Origin: Yuukianura sp. NJ FZ-2021
Lineage: Eukaryota
Direction: 5' to 3'
NCBI GenBank assembly: GCA_046563655.1
Contig: CM102287.1
Coordinates: 8,494,001 to 8,558,000, forward strand
Length of the DNA stretch: 64,000 nt
Shown here: piece by piece, positions 50,818 to 64,000 of the stretch
Numbering within the stretch: the stretch's first letter is position 1
Layout of the letters: each line of letters starts with the position of its first letter
Program-made: the position numbers and the translations under genes
Notes under the pieces: model-generated
Database searches by the model: none
The model's input: only the letters and a program-made list of their open reading frames with translations
Told to the model about the DNA's origin: nothing

Positions 50818-51570
50818 GATAGGAAATTCGGTTTGCAAAAAATAACCGGGCACCCGGCACTAGTCGGCCAAAAGAAGGAGGGAGACGAGGAAAACGCCCC
50901 TAAAATCCCATATAACCTAAACTTATATCAAATTCATCACCCTAGTCTAACTATAACCTAACCTTATGCTTGCCAAAATGGCTTGGGTTCTGGAAGATGT
51001 CCATGCCAAAGTGGCAGCAAGTGGTTCTTCTATAGATTTTTTGCTTTACTTAAACAAGATTGGCATACATATTGGCGTTGGTGCTAAAAAGTTAGGTTAG
51101 ACGATAAGACCACCACCGATTACAATAGAAAAAGTAATGACTCAGACTCACCCACTTTTTCTGGACAGACGAAAAAAGAGGACTGACTACACTGTATGAC
51201 GCCTATTTTTAGATTGATGGTCACCCGTCGATACTCTCACTTCAGTGAAAGTTAGACTAAAAAGTGGCTCAAATTCGGAAATGTCTAAAATTGGACACGT
51301 ACTGGGCGGGGTTCCGGTTAAAGGCGTCCTTCTGGAATTTCGAACACAGCTTTTAGTGGACGGTCCACATGACCTGTCAAACTTAAGCTCAAGTTAAAAT
51401 TCTAAAGGAGCCTGTTAAGCTCAATGACCTTTACTCGAACAATTGAAATGAACGACTGAACGGACGCTCTGGGGATGTCACTGTGATTGGTTGTACATTT
51501 TTGAATTTTCTGAAAACAAAAGACAAAAGGGAGCGTGGGATGTGGAAGGTTTTGGATTTTTGTTGCTAAA

Positions 51571-51630
51571 ATTGAAATGTTAAGGCTGACCCCCGGGGGT
51601 TATTGAAATGTTAAGGCATACCCCCGGGGG
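51571..51630. repeat. Tandem 31-bp duplication, each copy ending in the palindrome CCCCCGGGGG
   Basis: attgaaatgttaaggctgacccccgggggtt followed by attgaaatgttaaggcatacccccggggg. Confidence 0.85.
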
Positions 51631-52888
51631 AATACAATGGAATTCATAGGTACTTGAGGATTGAGGATGCGTTACAGAAATGCGGTGAAAAAAGAGCAAT
51701 GTTTTATGCATTTTCCATTTCTAGAAATTCAACGTTCGATTTCAGCAGCATACTAGTATGAGACTTATTCAAAGCAGACTTTCAATGAAAACGACTAGTG
51801 AGACAACTAAACAATATTAGTGTATAGTAAATAATAATACATTAGTGACGAGACGACGATGGCTAACATAACGGTAGTGTTTTTCACTACTGTCTGAGGG
51901 ACTTTGATATCCATTGACACTGAAAAAGACGCTTTCCTTCAAAATCAATTCCAAATGTCAAATGTTTAACTGGCTTTTACCGCAACGTTAATTTAAAGTT
52001 GTAGCTTACTAAGAAGTTCTTTAAAGGGCAAAAGCTGATGTTGGAGCTGTAAGCAAGTCGTCGAACTTGATAAGTTTTACTCAATTTGACAAGTTTACTT
52101 GACAAGTATATACACGCTAACCAAGTCCAATATTGGTGTACTGGATTGGCTACTTTCATTGACAAGGAATTGTCTTTTTCTGGCTCATGCATGCCTCTCC
52201 CATTCCAGCCGAAGCTACTAAATAATTTTTGTGTTTTTTTTTATTAGTAAAGTAACAATTGAGCTGGTGCTAGTTAATTATTTTAGACTCTTCAATTATT
52301 GGTGAAAATGACTAAAACAATACTGCGAAGGCGCAACAATACGTTTCGTATCGTTTTTGGGCTAAGCGTATATCGAATTTATGTTTCCGACTTGCGTCAT
52401 AATTTTTAATAATGTTATAAGAATTTCCGTGAATCTTTCGTAACGGTTTTGTTTCAAGGTATTAAGACAATGAAAATATGATAGTAAACTTGCCAGTAAA
52501 ATTCCCGTGTGACAAATTGTCACTGACAATGTAATAAAAAGGAAAACTTTAAAGAACGAGCAGAATATGGGCTTTAAATTGGGAAAAATAATTTGTGTAG
52601 GGTTCATGGGAATCGCCAGAATGAGGCAATTACTGGTTGCAAAATTACATCGGTCAAGGTTTAGATCATGTTTAAGTAACATTTCAGTTTTAAGTGCGTC
52701 GTACTTATTACGTTTGTAAAACGTTCGATTAATAGGATTCATTCATGAAATTGTTGAATGCCATAATAATTCCCAATTGGCATTGGACATGAATGAAAAT
52801 CGATGTGAAATTAACAAAAATGAATGAATAATGGCCATAAGTAGAGCGTGGGAGGAATAAAAACCGGCGGGGTGAATGACCCCTACCA

Positions 52889-52932
52889 TTTTGAATTTCC
52901 CGCTCTAGAGAGTTTTCGCGGGATATTCAAAA
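52889..52932. promoter_or_regulatory. Inverted pair of E2F/CHR-like composite elements at the probable DENND4 promoter
   Basis: ttttgaatttcccgc (52889-52903) and gcgggatattcaaaa (52918-52932), a 14/15 inverted match. Spliced 5' UTR signals follow, e.g. AAG|GTAAGT at ~53106. Confidence 0.5.
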
Positions 52933-54383
52933 ACGTAAACAAACTAACCTTTCTCTTTTTTTCACCTTTTGCCTTTTTCCTTATTTAGGTTGCAAGCAAA
53001 TTAGATTGCAGACTTTGTTTTATTTGTGCAAAAATTAACAAAGAAGACTTCCGGCGCTGGAAACGAGTTAGAGGGCGATTACTGAATTAATTTTGCGGTC
53101 AAAAAGGTAAGTTTACGACATAGCGGTATACCCCTCGTCCTCTGTAGCTTTACGAGAGATGAATACATAACAATAATTAAATCGATAGAATAACCGTTAA
53201 CAGACTTCTCATTCTTTGCCTTCACAGCTCACTGGAGTTTGGAACAACATCACGTCTCATTGTCGTTCTGCTCCTGGTCATAAAATTTTTGCTGCTGACT
53301 TATCAAATTTCACGAAGACGAATAATATTGCTCGAAACTAATTCACCCGGCACTCAATTCCCATTCCCACACTTACCAGAAACTAAATTGCAAATCGAAA
53401 TTGGCGGAAGCACTCCGGAAAAGTAATACTGTAGCTCGAGCGGTGATTTGTTCCAAACTTCTCGGAAATAGGTGAGGTGATCCTGCGATTGCTAATCGTG
53501 ATATAAAGTCATTGCTCATCTTCATCATATCGATTTCATTCATTGATTATTGTGCTTTTGTTGTAGAATCTCATTTTTGGAATTCCATTTCTAACTTCGT
53601 CTTTGATCGTGTTTAGTCTGCGAGTCTCAAAGCTGTGGGTGCTTTTGGCAGTGTGACGTAACGTCGTGTGGGAGGTAACAAGGAAGATCCAAGGTAAGTT
53701 ACCGTACACAGACAGACACACCATGTCTCAAAGTCATATGCTCGTCCTTCTTTTATTGTTTTTTTTTTCTTTGCAATTTTTAGAAGTGTTTGGAACCTGT
53801 TTTCGACACTTAATATTGTGACGAAGATAGGGAAATTATCTACAAATCGAGCATCAGTCTACTGCAACCTACAGCTGAACCTTGGACGGATTTGTGTTTC
53901 GCGATAGTGATTAAGTTCATTAATTCTCTTGTTTTGTGAATTGTGATAACTTGGAACTGGTGCACACTTCAACGATTTGGTCAATGTTCGGCGTCTAGTT
54001 GATTGTTTTCATCTCAAAGAACTTTGAAGGACTTTGATCATCTGATCTGTCGGACGAGGACGATACATCACATATCCTAAAGCGGAAATACAAACTCATA
54101 AAGGTTAGTTAGAAGTTTTTAAGAAGGAAAATTGGATAATAAGTTGTCTACGGTTCATGTGTTGGTAAATCTAATGTGGTTGGGGAATACTTACTTTTCA
54201 GTGACTATGTCTCTTGAGAAGGACGGGGTATTACGTAAATCATAGCCAATAGACTGAAACAGCGGTCAGACTAAACCAAAATCTTCTTACTTCGTGGTTT
54301 TCTTTTACGAATTACACTACTAATCTTCATCGTCTACCTTCGCCGTATTTATTTAACTCAAACATCCAGTTACCCAGTTGAAC

Positions 54384-57300
54384 ATGGAAGAGAGAACAGT
54401 TGCAGATTATTTTGTGATTGCCGGATTACCGGATAACCCGGAACGGGTTGAAGAAGAAACATACTGTGAAGGACTCAATCCTAATCTTAAGGACACCGAA
54501 CCAATTACTGATATTACAGTTATTTTCCCCGGGTTTGGCGAGGAAGTACCGAAGGGATTCTACTGTGTAGAGAAAACTCCGTCAGGTAATGTTTCACAAC
54601 AGATGATTCATGGTTTGGTATTTCTTCAAGAGTACCGTAAGAGCAGCATTTATTTCAATGAGTTTGCTGCATTTTTTAAGGTTACCCTGCAAACTTGAAT
54701 AGTGGCAGTATACGAAGTCCTGAAGTGTACCTGTGTTACCGGCGAGGAAGAGATAAACCACCACTGGTTGATATTGGGTAAGTTTGCACAAATTGCACAT
54801 TTGAACAATTTTTTAAATATTTCATTTTTCATTTCTTATTATTTAGTGTCATGTACGATGGGAAGGAGCGATTACTGCCCGACGCCGAAGTTGTGATCTC
54901 TACCCCAGAAGGAAGGCCAGCAAATGTCAACAATACGGCAGCTAGGATTCTCCTTACGTATCGGAGAGCCCCAGAAGCGATGCCATGTAACGAGCTCGTC
55001 GTCACTGATGTCTGTGTGATAATTACAAATAAAGGAGAACGAGCACCTCATGCCTTTTGTCAAATTGCCAAGAATCTCAATAAGGGAACGATTGTAAGGC
55101 CATGGAGTTTATGCTTTCCAAGAAATTATGTTAACACATCTATCTGACAATCCTCATTGTTTTTTAATTGATTTAGATGGGGTGCGATGTTTATCTCTGC
55201 TACAAGAAATCAATGAATCGCCCACCATTGATTACCTACAAGGCTGACGTTCTGCTCCGATATCCTAAGATTGACCGTAGAGGATTCCCGTTTCCCAGTT
55301 CAGTAGGAATGTTTTGCTTGCCAATGATGGCAACTGTGGAATGTTGGCCTTCAAACGCATCTCAACCGCGTCCGGTCTTTTCCACATTTGTTTTAACCGT
55401 AGCCGATGCAACTGAAAAGGTATACCAACAACATCTCTCCATCAAAGTAATTGAATTGAACTTTTTATGTTAATGTTAAATCTTTGTATGTTAAATCTAG
55501 ATTTATGGAGCCTCGGTGACATTTTACGAGAAGTACGACGAACAAAAGTTGTCAGAAGAGCAGCGAGTGGAACTCGGAATTGCACTTCCAGGTCAAAAGA
55601 ACGACAAGAGCATACATGTCAACAAGTCCATTTGTATCCTGTCACACTATTCGTTCTTTGATACTTTTCGGACTTACCTTCTCTACTTAACAAAGATGGC
55701 CTTGACAGAGTCCAATGAAGTTCCGATTGAACGGTAACTCTTTCGTCAATCACTTAATTGTTTTCACCATTTCACCAAGTAATGTTTATGGTAAACTGAA
55801 ACCTAAGCAAATACAATTTTTGTTTGCAGGTACATTTCACATTTGCTAAATGAAGTACCATTTCCATCTCCACAAAGGCCTCATATTCTTCTGCAGCTAT
55901 CGGCTACTCAATGCGTCCTTATGTCACATCCTCACGATTCACCGCTACCCAAAAGGTAAAGTGCTATGTTTTCCGTATCTCATCTCATCAAGTAGAAACT
56001 TTACCTATCATTTAGAGTTAACATCCTCAATCCAGTGCGGAATCTTTCAGGTATTTTATTTACTTATTTTGGTACTTTCTTTGTTCTTTTCAGTGGCGCT
56101 TCGTTTCGATTTCTGCTAAGTAATTTAGGACCAGAGAATTGCCTATTAGTGCTTCTCATGGTTTTAACGGAACAAAAACTGCTGATTCACTCTTTACGGC
56201 CTGATGTTCTGACAGCAGTCGCCGAAGCTGTGTCGGTGGTAAGTTAAAATTGAAAATAATCCAGAGTATTTTAGAATCCGATTTTGAAATTAACTTTTGT
56301 AATTTTTTTGCTTTTTCAGCTAATTTTCCCTTTCCACTGGCAATGTCCTTACATTCCGCTTTGTCCGTTGGGTCTCTGCGCTGTGCTCCAGGCACCAGTA
56401 CCATTTTTGATAGGAGTTGACTCCCGGTTTTTTGATCAATTTGAACCACCATCAGATGTGGTTTGTGTGGATCTCGACACTATGTCTGTGACAGAGTAAG
56501 TTTGAAGTGGCCATTATTACACGAATGGGTTCTTTGATATTAGTTTTTGAAATGAATATGTCTTTTTTCTTTCAGAAATGAAGACAAACGACATCAGTTG
56601 ACAACAAAATTACTGCCGAAGAAGCCTGCCCGAATACTCAAAAATACATTAGAGGCTCTTCAAGAAAAAGTTCATCAGTTGAGTCGAACGAAACTGAGTC
56701 GACGAGGAGACTTGATGGAAATGGACGTGGAGTTTAAAATTAAGAAGAAGGAGGTGAGACCTTGATTTTAACCTGTTTTGAATGACAAGTTGCACAAGTT
56801 TTGGACTTTGTTAGCGGATGCTGGAAACTGAAATCCAAGAATCTTTTCTACGCTTCATGACTGGAATCTTGAAGGGTTACAGAAGATTTCTTTTGCCAAT
56901 AACCAAGGCTCCGACTGTTGGAGCTACTGATGCTACAGCTCTCTTCGACTTTCAGGTAAGCGATACTTTTTTTGCTTACTAAAATTCTTAGATTTTTCTG
57001 ATACTTCGCGCACTGATTAATTTTCTATGCAATTTACAGGGATTCCAACGCTCTCGAGACAAGAGTCATCAAAAATTTTATCAGATGATGCTGCGCACAC
57101 AAATGTTCATCCGATTCATTGAGGAACGGTCGTTTGTCTCAGATATTGACACCGGACTTGCATTTTTCGATGAGTGTCTCGATAAAGTAAGTCCGTAAAC
57201 TGTCTAACTTAAAAGTTTGGAACTCACTCCATGTTTTTTTTTAGGTTGAGCAAGATGACAGCGAATCCATTCGATTTGTTGATTCTCACGAAGCCAACCA

Positions 57301-60300
57301 AAGCGAACGAACTCTTTTTGTTACGCCTCCCGACCTTGGTGGCCTTCCTCCAGACCAGGTTTACAACTACAACGGTCAATTCGTTCTGAACGAGGTACTT
57401 TTTGGCGGGACACCGAAGATCAAAAACGTTTGTCTGGACAGAGTCATACAAGGATCTGAATTTGCTACTCCTGGAAGTCCAGTTGCTCGTAGAACAAAAC
57501 AGGAAATTAAAAAAGCCAAAAGCAACGCAAGCAAGTTTTCGGAAAAGCCGGTGCACTGGAGCAAGTATCTTTTGGCTACGTGCTACAGGTATCGTCGTCA
57601 TTATTAAGTAAAGTGATTACTAATTGAATTGTTAGTCAGTTTTTTTAAGCTAAACTTGAACTTTTTTGATTGTTCTTTTGTGCAGCCTGTGGTTCATCCA
57701 TTTACCAAGCTACTTGACCGTAGCTTCGTCGAAACACATGGCTCTTTGTTTAGCTTACGAAATGTTAGTCCGAATGGGTAAGAGTGGGTTGCAGCTCAAG
57801 GACGAAGTTTGTTATCGCGTAGTGATGCAGCTCTGTGGGCTTTACAATCAACCGGTGCTTGCAGTGAAGGTATGTTCGTCAAACGACGGAAATTAATTTG
57901 AAAAATTGTTCTGATCTTCGTATGCTTTTTTTCAGGTGCTTTTCGAGATGAAGCGATGTGGTGTAACTCCGAATGCTTTGACGTATGGCTATTACAACAA
58001 AGCTGTTCTTGAAGCCGTTTGGCCATCGAATGTCTCAAGTTCCGGACAGCTCATGTGGAACAAACTGAGGTTTTACAATTTTACCGACTTTTTACTGGAT
58101 CACAATTGTTCTGGTATTAACATTTCTTGTTAATTGCAGAAACGTGATTGTGGGAGTAGCTCAATTCCGAGCAGCAGGTCGTCGAAATCGTCGTGTTAGT
58201 TTGTCCACGACGGACGAAGTTGATCGCCTATCCACCGGAAGCGGTGGATCAGCTGAATCTCAGAGGCCCGCCGGTGCTTCAATTTCGTCGAATTTACTCT
58301 CTCCATCAGTTCCCGATAAGTCGAGTTTCAGTGCCAGCTCGGCTCGAGCCAGTGCTTCATCAGATGTTGGCTATGCGTCAATGCCTGAACACGAACATCA
58401 ACATGGAGTGAAACCAGTAACTGAAGAAAGCGAAGAAGACAAAGTAGTTGATGAGCCTACGAACAAATTTTGGGGCAAAATGGGACAGAGTTTTGATTCA
58501 TGGGTGAAATCCAGTGTGAACACGCTAGCCAGCAACGTAGCCGCATTGGCAGAGACGAGCATCTACAGTCCATCGGGTCTCATCATGTCTTCCTATCGTG
58601 GTGACTTTAGTTCGCCAAAATATGAACTGGACTATGACGATGATGACCTTGACGAAGAGGTCCTGCCGCCCCTGAGGCCAAAACCACAAGTTCAACGACG
58701 ATTGGATTTCTCTCCACAGTCGTCATCCGGTGAAAATGAAAATACAATGAGACTACTGCGTTCTGTGAGCTTCGGAAACGATAAGGAAATCATGTCGAAG
58801 CTGAAGGAGTTGCGAAAGGAAGAATCAATTCTACGCGAACGCAGTGTAGATTCCAACGGAAGTTTAGAGAAGAAAGTAAACGAATTCTACGAAGGTTCTG
58901 GATCGAATCAAGCAACGTCTAGAGAAATTTCACCAGTAGGAGAAGACTCTTTTCCGAACGGTCCAAGGGCAGCACCGGGTCTTCCTATCGTTAAAGTCAA
59001 AACTCGTGAAGATCCGGAAAATCTTTCTGAAGGAACTAGTCCAAATGTGAACAGTCCAGCGAGAACTCCAGTAACTCAGAATGATCCACTGGGAGCTCTA
59101 GGAACAGAATCTAAAGGAACATTACTAGAAGTAGAACGAGCAGTTTCAAGAGAATCTCCTAAGAGGACTGCTAGCGAAGGAAATATTGGGCAGATTCAAA
59201 ATGTCCAAAGCGGTCTGGCAACTGCAACTCAAAATCATAATGGTGGATTAGAACTGAATGGTGGTGGTGGTGTGAAAGGATTTCACAGGTCTTCAACCTT
59301 GCCAAACTATGCAACAAGTTTAGGTGAATCGACAGGAACTGGAAATTCAACACCGACAAAAGAACACAAGATAGGAAGTTCTGGAGGAGGAATTGACGCT
59401 GGAAATGGAAATCAAAATGTGATATCTAGCTTGTCTGTGTTTGGTTCCAGTCTAAAATCCTTCAGGTAACATCATAACTTCAACTTAAGATGAAAAAAGA
59501 GCAGACGTATACATGTGGGTAGTTATGTGTTGTGCTAAAGTTACTAGGTTATTTAAGATTATGTTAGGGATAAGTTTGGCTAAAAAGACTTTCTTCTTAC
59601 TTTAGTCGCTACAGTCCTGGCCGTCTCAGTCTTCGAAAAGCTGGAACACAGTTGCTGGAATCCACAATTGGGAATAAGAAGGCTGAAGCGTTCATGGAAG
59701 GATTCAATCAACTCAAGTCAGTGGCAGCAGTAACAGCGAAGAAGACACTGGGCGATATCAAGGTCGCAATAAACAATAACTCTCCAGCAAACAAAAACGG
59801 GCCATTCGGGTACGTCTATTTCCGCAAATCTAATAGTAGTCTAGTGTATTTTGAAAAAATAATAATCTTTTTGGGATAATTCTCATATTTCATTTTCAGG
59901 CGAACCGAAGAAGGATCTGATTCTGGAGATATTGACTACGAAAATGGATCTGAACCAGCAGTTGATCAATGGGCAAGTGTATCCGAGTCTTACTTGGATC
60001 AATTACTCACTACCGGAGAAATCATCTCCAACCAAGAAAGTTTAACAGAACCTGACGGAGCGAGTCAGAGCCACATAGGTAATTACTTCATCATGATAAT
60101 TGTAAAACGTACTTCACTGTTAAAGTGAGAGTTAGTTACGTTATGTGTGGCTAACATCTTTCGATTTCTGGATTTCAGAAATAGAAACACCGTTATCCAG
60201 CTCAAGACAATCGTTGCTGACTTTGGAAACAATGGCGAGGAACTTAAATCTTGGACTTGCTGGACGGCGGGAGGTTTGTCAGTTTCCAGTGGCTCTTGAG

Positions 60301-61953
60301 ATTCATATGACGACTTGCTCCGTTTGTCACAACTGTGAATCCATTTTGTACGATGAGGATATCATGGGTGGCTGGGATTCAGAAGATTCAAATCTAAATA
60401 CCAAGTAATTTAATACCAGAGCAAATCTCTACGATTAGCTTAAATTCTTATGCTAACTACTTTTTTTTTTCAGATGTCCACACTGTCTCAAATGGGAAGT
60501 TCCATTTCTAGAAGTGGTAGTCAAAGATTTTCGTCATGCTGCACTTTCTCTCTCTCTTCATCCAAATCTTTTTGGAAACAACTTGGCCGCAAGTCGGGAA
60601 AGTATGAACAGCGCCGTCAACGGTGGACGTCGAAGTTCATTCAATCCTTCACTCTTGACTCAGAGTTTGGGAAGTATTCCTCAAGCGAGAAAATTTAGTC
60701 TCAATCCTGCTGCAGCTTATGTTGACCCTGCTCAGCTAGAAAACAATGTCACAACAGTTTTGAAGAACAGTTCAACTACTGGCCAAGGGACTTTGGAAAT
60801 GGATCCCTTAGGAGTGCTTGGAGAAAAAGACAAAAGTGTTGATGAAGTTGATGCTCCTGAAGTTGTACTAACTTGTGACGACGGCTTTAAAGAAAACGAA
60901 AGCGACAAGGTGACAACCCAGACGGAGACGGACGTTGAAGGACTTGAGAGTGACCCAATCATTGTTCCGTATTTGAGTCCGCTAGTACTTCGAAAAGAAC
61001 TAGAAAATGTTCTGGAGCATGAAGGCGATTCTAGTCTCATCCAGTCGGCTTTTGTCGATGAACATCCCATCATCTACTGGAATTTGGTAAAAATACTTTC
61101 CTGATTTTCAGTTTTGTGATTTTCATTTTTTTTGTATTACCGGTCTAATTCTCAAAATTTTTTTTTACCAGGTTTGGTTCTTCCACCGCAGTAACTTGAC
61201 GAGCCATCTAAAAGGCCTTGCTCTTCATTCGAATTCGACAAAACCGAAACAGGAGCTGGCGATTGACAAGTCGTGGGAACTCGCAGATCAAAGGAATGTT
61301 GTTATCCGAGCCAAATGGGACAATCCAAAGTTCCATGCGCAATACGGTCTCCCGTTGTATGTCCAGTGGCTACAGATTCGGAATCAATGTAGTAGCGATG
61401 GCGGGAAAGAAGAAAACCAGAAAACAAGTCCTTCGCAGTCTTCCAGCACAAATGAAACTGAGAAGTACTTGTTTTAAACTTACTGCTGATACTTAAAACG
61501 CTATGTTAGTTGAGGATATTAATTTTGTGTAACTCTTTTGTCTGTTTAGATTAATCAACGAAATTCTAAAAACTGTCTCAAGGAGTGGTGACATGAGTCT
61601 TGTTTGTTCAAAACTTTTGTACCACTATCACAGAACCGGCCGCTCTCGTCACTTCCCAGCCTACCGAGACATCCTCTTCCTGGCAGTCTTGGGGTTAGAA
61701 AGAAACGCCGTCGATTTATGTAAGTCCAGCTTACTTTTTGAGACATCACCACTTTCAAAATTTCGAAATGTCCAAATCCAATTTCATTTTCAAAATAACT
61801 ACAGATGAGCATGGATTTGACAAGGAGTACAAAAATGCTTACGACCGATTACGAAATTCGGATGAGTTTGAAACCATGGATTTGGGAGATGCACCTCCTA
61901 CTGGGATGGCTTTAGTTTCTAGAAAACACTTTCGAGACCTCGAGCTCATCTAA
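54384..61953 (+). CDS. DENND4: DENN domain protein 4 / Crag (Rab10 GEF): MABP, uDENN-cDENN-dDENN, PPR-like repeats, C-terminal domain
   Basis: [19 protein letters not shown] motifs PITDITVIF and [114 protein letters not shown] and [12 protein letters not shown]. Stop TAA at 61951-61953. Confidence 0.96.
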
Positions 61954-62697
61954 AACCTGAATGATATTCAAGCAAACCGTGATTTTTGATCCAGGAAGGT
62001 GCTGGAGGGTCTGTTCTCAACCGTGGTTAGTAATCACTGGTTACCCATTTTGGAGTTGACTTCTTAGACCCCCTTTTCATATCAAAGTCTCTTTCTGTAA
62101 CTACTCTTGGCCTCCAGTTTTAAAGCGATGATGCTGGCGACTGTTTACTTTGTATGTCATGTGCATGTGCTGTTTTAGGTAAGTTTAACTCAACGGAACA
62201 CGCTCTCATAAAAGTTACGTATTGGCTTTAATGTCTTACTGCGGTTATTAATAGTTTTTAACTGAAGTTATACCGTACTACGCGTTTTTAGTTTGAATTT
62301 CTCAGTTAGTTGGCCATAAAACTTAGTTTAAAAAATGTTTTAAATGTTGCATGAAACCTGTTTAAAACCAATGTCCCTTTCTTTTAAAATCTCACAAAGA
62401 AAAAAGTATTGTCCCGTATTTTTATCATTTTAAATAAATCGTGTTTTAAAGTTTAAAAAGCCGATTTATAAGTTCACAGCAAGGGTCCCGACTACACAAA
62501 AGTCCTATCTATAGCCTCTACATGTATTTATATTTTTCGTAAGCATTGTATAAGGTAAATGTTAGTCCCTTTAGCGTTGACTTAGAATTTATTTCAAAGT
62601 TACCGTCTTTAAAAAGAATGCGTAACGTGGAATTGTGACTGTTAGAATTTCGAATTTGGCTTCAAAGTTATAGGATAAAGCAAATGTTATTCTGGTT

Positions 62698-63945
62698 TCA
62701 TTCAGCTTTGTTTTTGCCAGTGCGACCACTGTCGATCAGCTTTTGGAGATCGGAGGCCCAACCCATCGCCTCAGCAAACTTTAGCACTTGATCGTCACAG
62801 TCGCCAAGAAGAGCGACGTCTTTGTTTTGCGAATCTTCAAAATTAAGGCCTTCCTTTCCCAAAAGAGCTCCAAAGGCAGGACTCGTCTTGTCAAAGTCCT
62901 TCTGCGATGTAAATCGTTGTAAGAGTCTGGCCAAGAATGATGCTTCATTGTGGGAACAAACCTTCTCACGGTTGATGAGAACTCGCGGACACGTTGGTCG
63001 AACTCTAAAATTATTTTACATTTCAGGAATCTTTAGATCTAGAAAGTACTTCTAGTAGTAATGGTGAACTCACTTGTCCACTAGCGATGCAAATGGCTGG
63101 ACGACGAGGGAAGTGCCCATGATCACCAGTAAGTCACATTTTCCGAAGTCTTGACTAGCACAGTGGAAAAACCGGGGCGGAAGCGCCTCTCCGAAGAAAA
63201 TAATGTCGGGCTTGATTATCGAGTTGCAGCTACAAATTGGTAGAACGTCTTGCCGGATCTTTTCTGTAAGTCAAAGTCAAAGTGTTACTTTAGATTTTAT
63301 ATTTGTTCATGGCACCAAAATGATATTATAATTTAACCTCGCATCCAATCGAAGGAGTACTCTTTGTCACAACTGGTGCAGTGAGAGAGATGGAAGGATC
63401 CATGAGCTTCGACGATCTTTTCATCGGGAAGGCCCGCTAATCTTTCCAGCCCATCGACATTCTGAAAGTAAGTTAAACAATTGATTTCTTTATGACCATG
63501 ACCTTGCTAACAATCTGGACGCCGAAGATGAACTCTATTTTTACCTGTGTGTAGTGGCGCAGCAGAAGGCCTTTGTCGTGAAGCAACTTAACGAAGTAAT
63601 GGGATGGAGTTGGCCGGAATCCTTCGGGTAACAAATCTTTCGCCAGCGTGTAAAATGGCTTTGGATGTTTCTTGAAATATCCGATTTCAAACATTTGCTG
63701 AGGATCATGTAATTTATACGTTTGTTGAATTTTAGCGTACAGGCCACACGTCGGAGATCGAAAGTCGGGAATTCCAGCCGCTGTCAACACAGATCAATAC
63801 CTCTTAAATGATAAAGGAAATGGAGAAGCATCTGGAATTAAAACTTACAAGTAGAGATCCCTGCACCAGCCATGACGATAATGTTTCTGCACTTCCCATC
63901 CTCGATGTATCGTTTGATTCCATCCAAACTGGCATTCTGTAGAAT
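62698..63945 (-). CDS. SIRT2: NAD-dependent deacetylase sirtuin-2; 5' part lies outside the window
   Basis: Exons 63945-63849, 63780-63545, 63461-63338, 63263-63074, 63004-62698. Motifs [82 protein letters not shown] and DVALLGDCD. Confidence 0.95.
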
Positions 63946-64000
63946 CTAAAAGAAGAGGTATAAATTCCATATTCAGTACCTCTGCTTCAACAATCATCTG

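Noticed and set aside
52362..52742. 126-aa minus-strand ORF upstream of DENND4
   Set aside because: AT-rich with no recognisable motif or splice structure. Probably a chance ORF.

Overview
Eukaryotic, gene-dense window with mostly 55-110 nt GT-AG introns. Protein families, intron sizes and TCAGT initiators point to an arthropod, possibly a springtail-like hexapod (inference, not established). Genes in order: UTP14 (+, 5'-truncated); polypeptide GalNAc-transferase, pgant5/GALNT1-like (-); a 3-exon secreted Kazal inhibitor (-); talin (+, ~38 coding exons, ~2800 aa); a Tctex1-domain dynein light chain (-); REV3 (+); TIM17 (-); an ELOVL6-like elongase (-); DENND4/Crag (+); SIRT2 (-, 5'-truncated). 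Most short ORFs in the track are exon fragments or shadows. No rRNA, tRNA, CRISPR array or intact transposon was seen. The most notable signals are: (1) two duplicated 181-nt mutually exclusive exons in the GalNAc-transferase catalytic domain; (2) an unannotated multi-exon + strand transcript, divergent from TIM17 and antisense to the ELOVL 3' exons; (3) a candidate internal talin promoter for a C-terminal-only isoform, plus a 75-nt cassette exon; (4) a dense AGGTCA nuclear-receptor element cluster with a perfect IR1 upstream of talin. All exon coordinates were read by eye and need RNA-seq confirmation.
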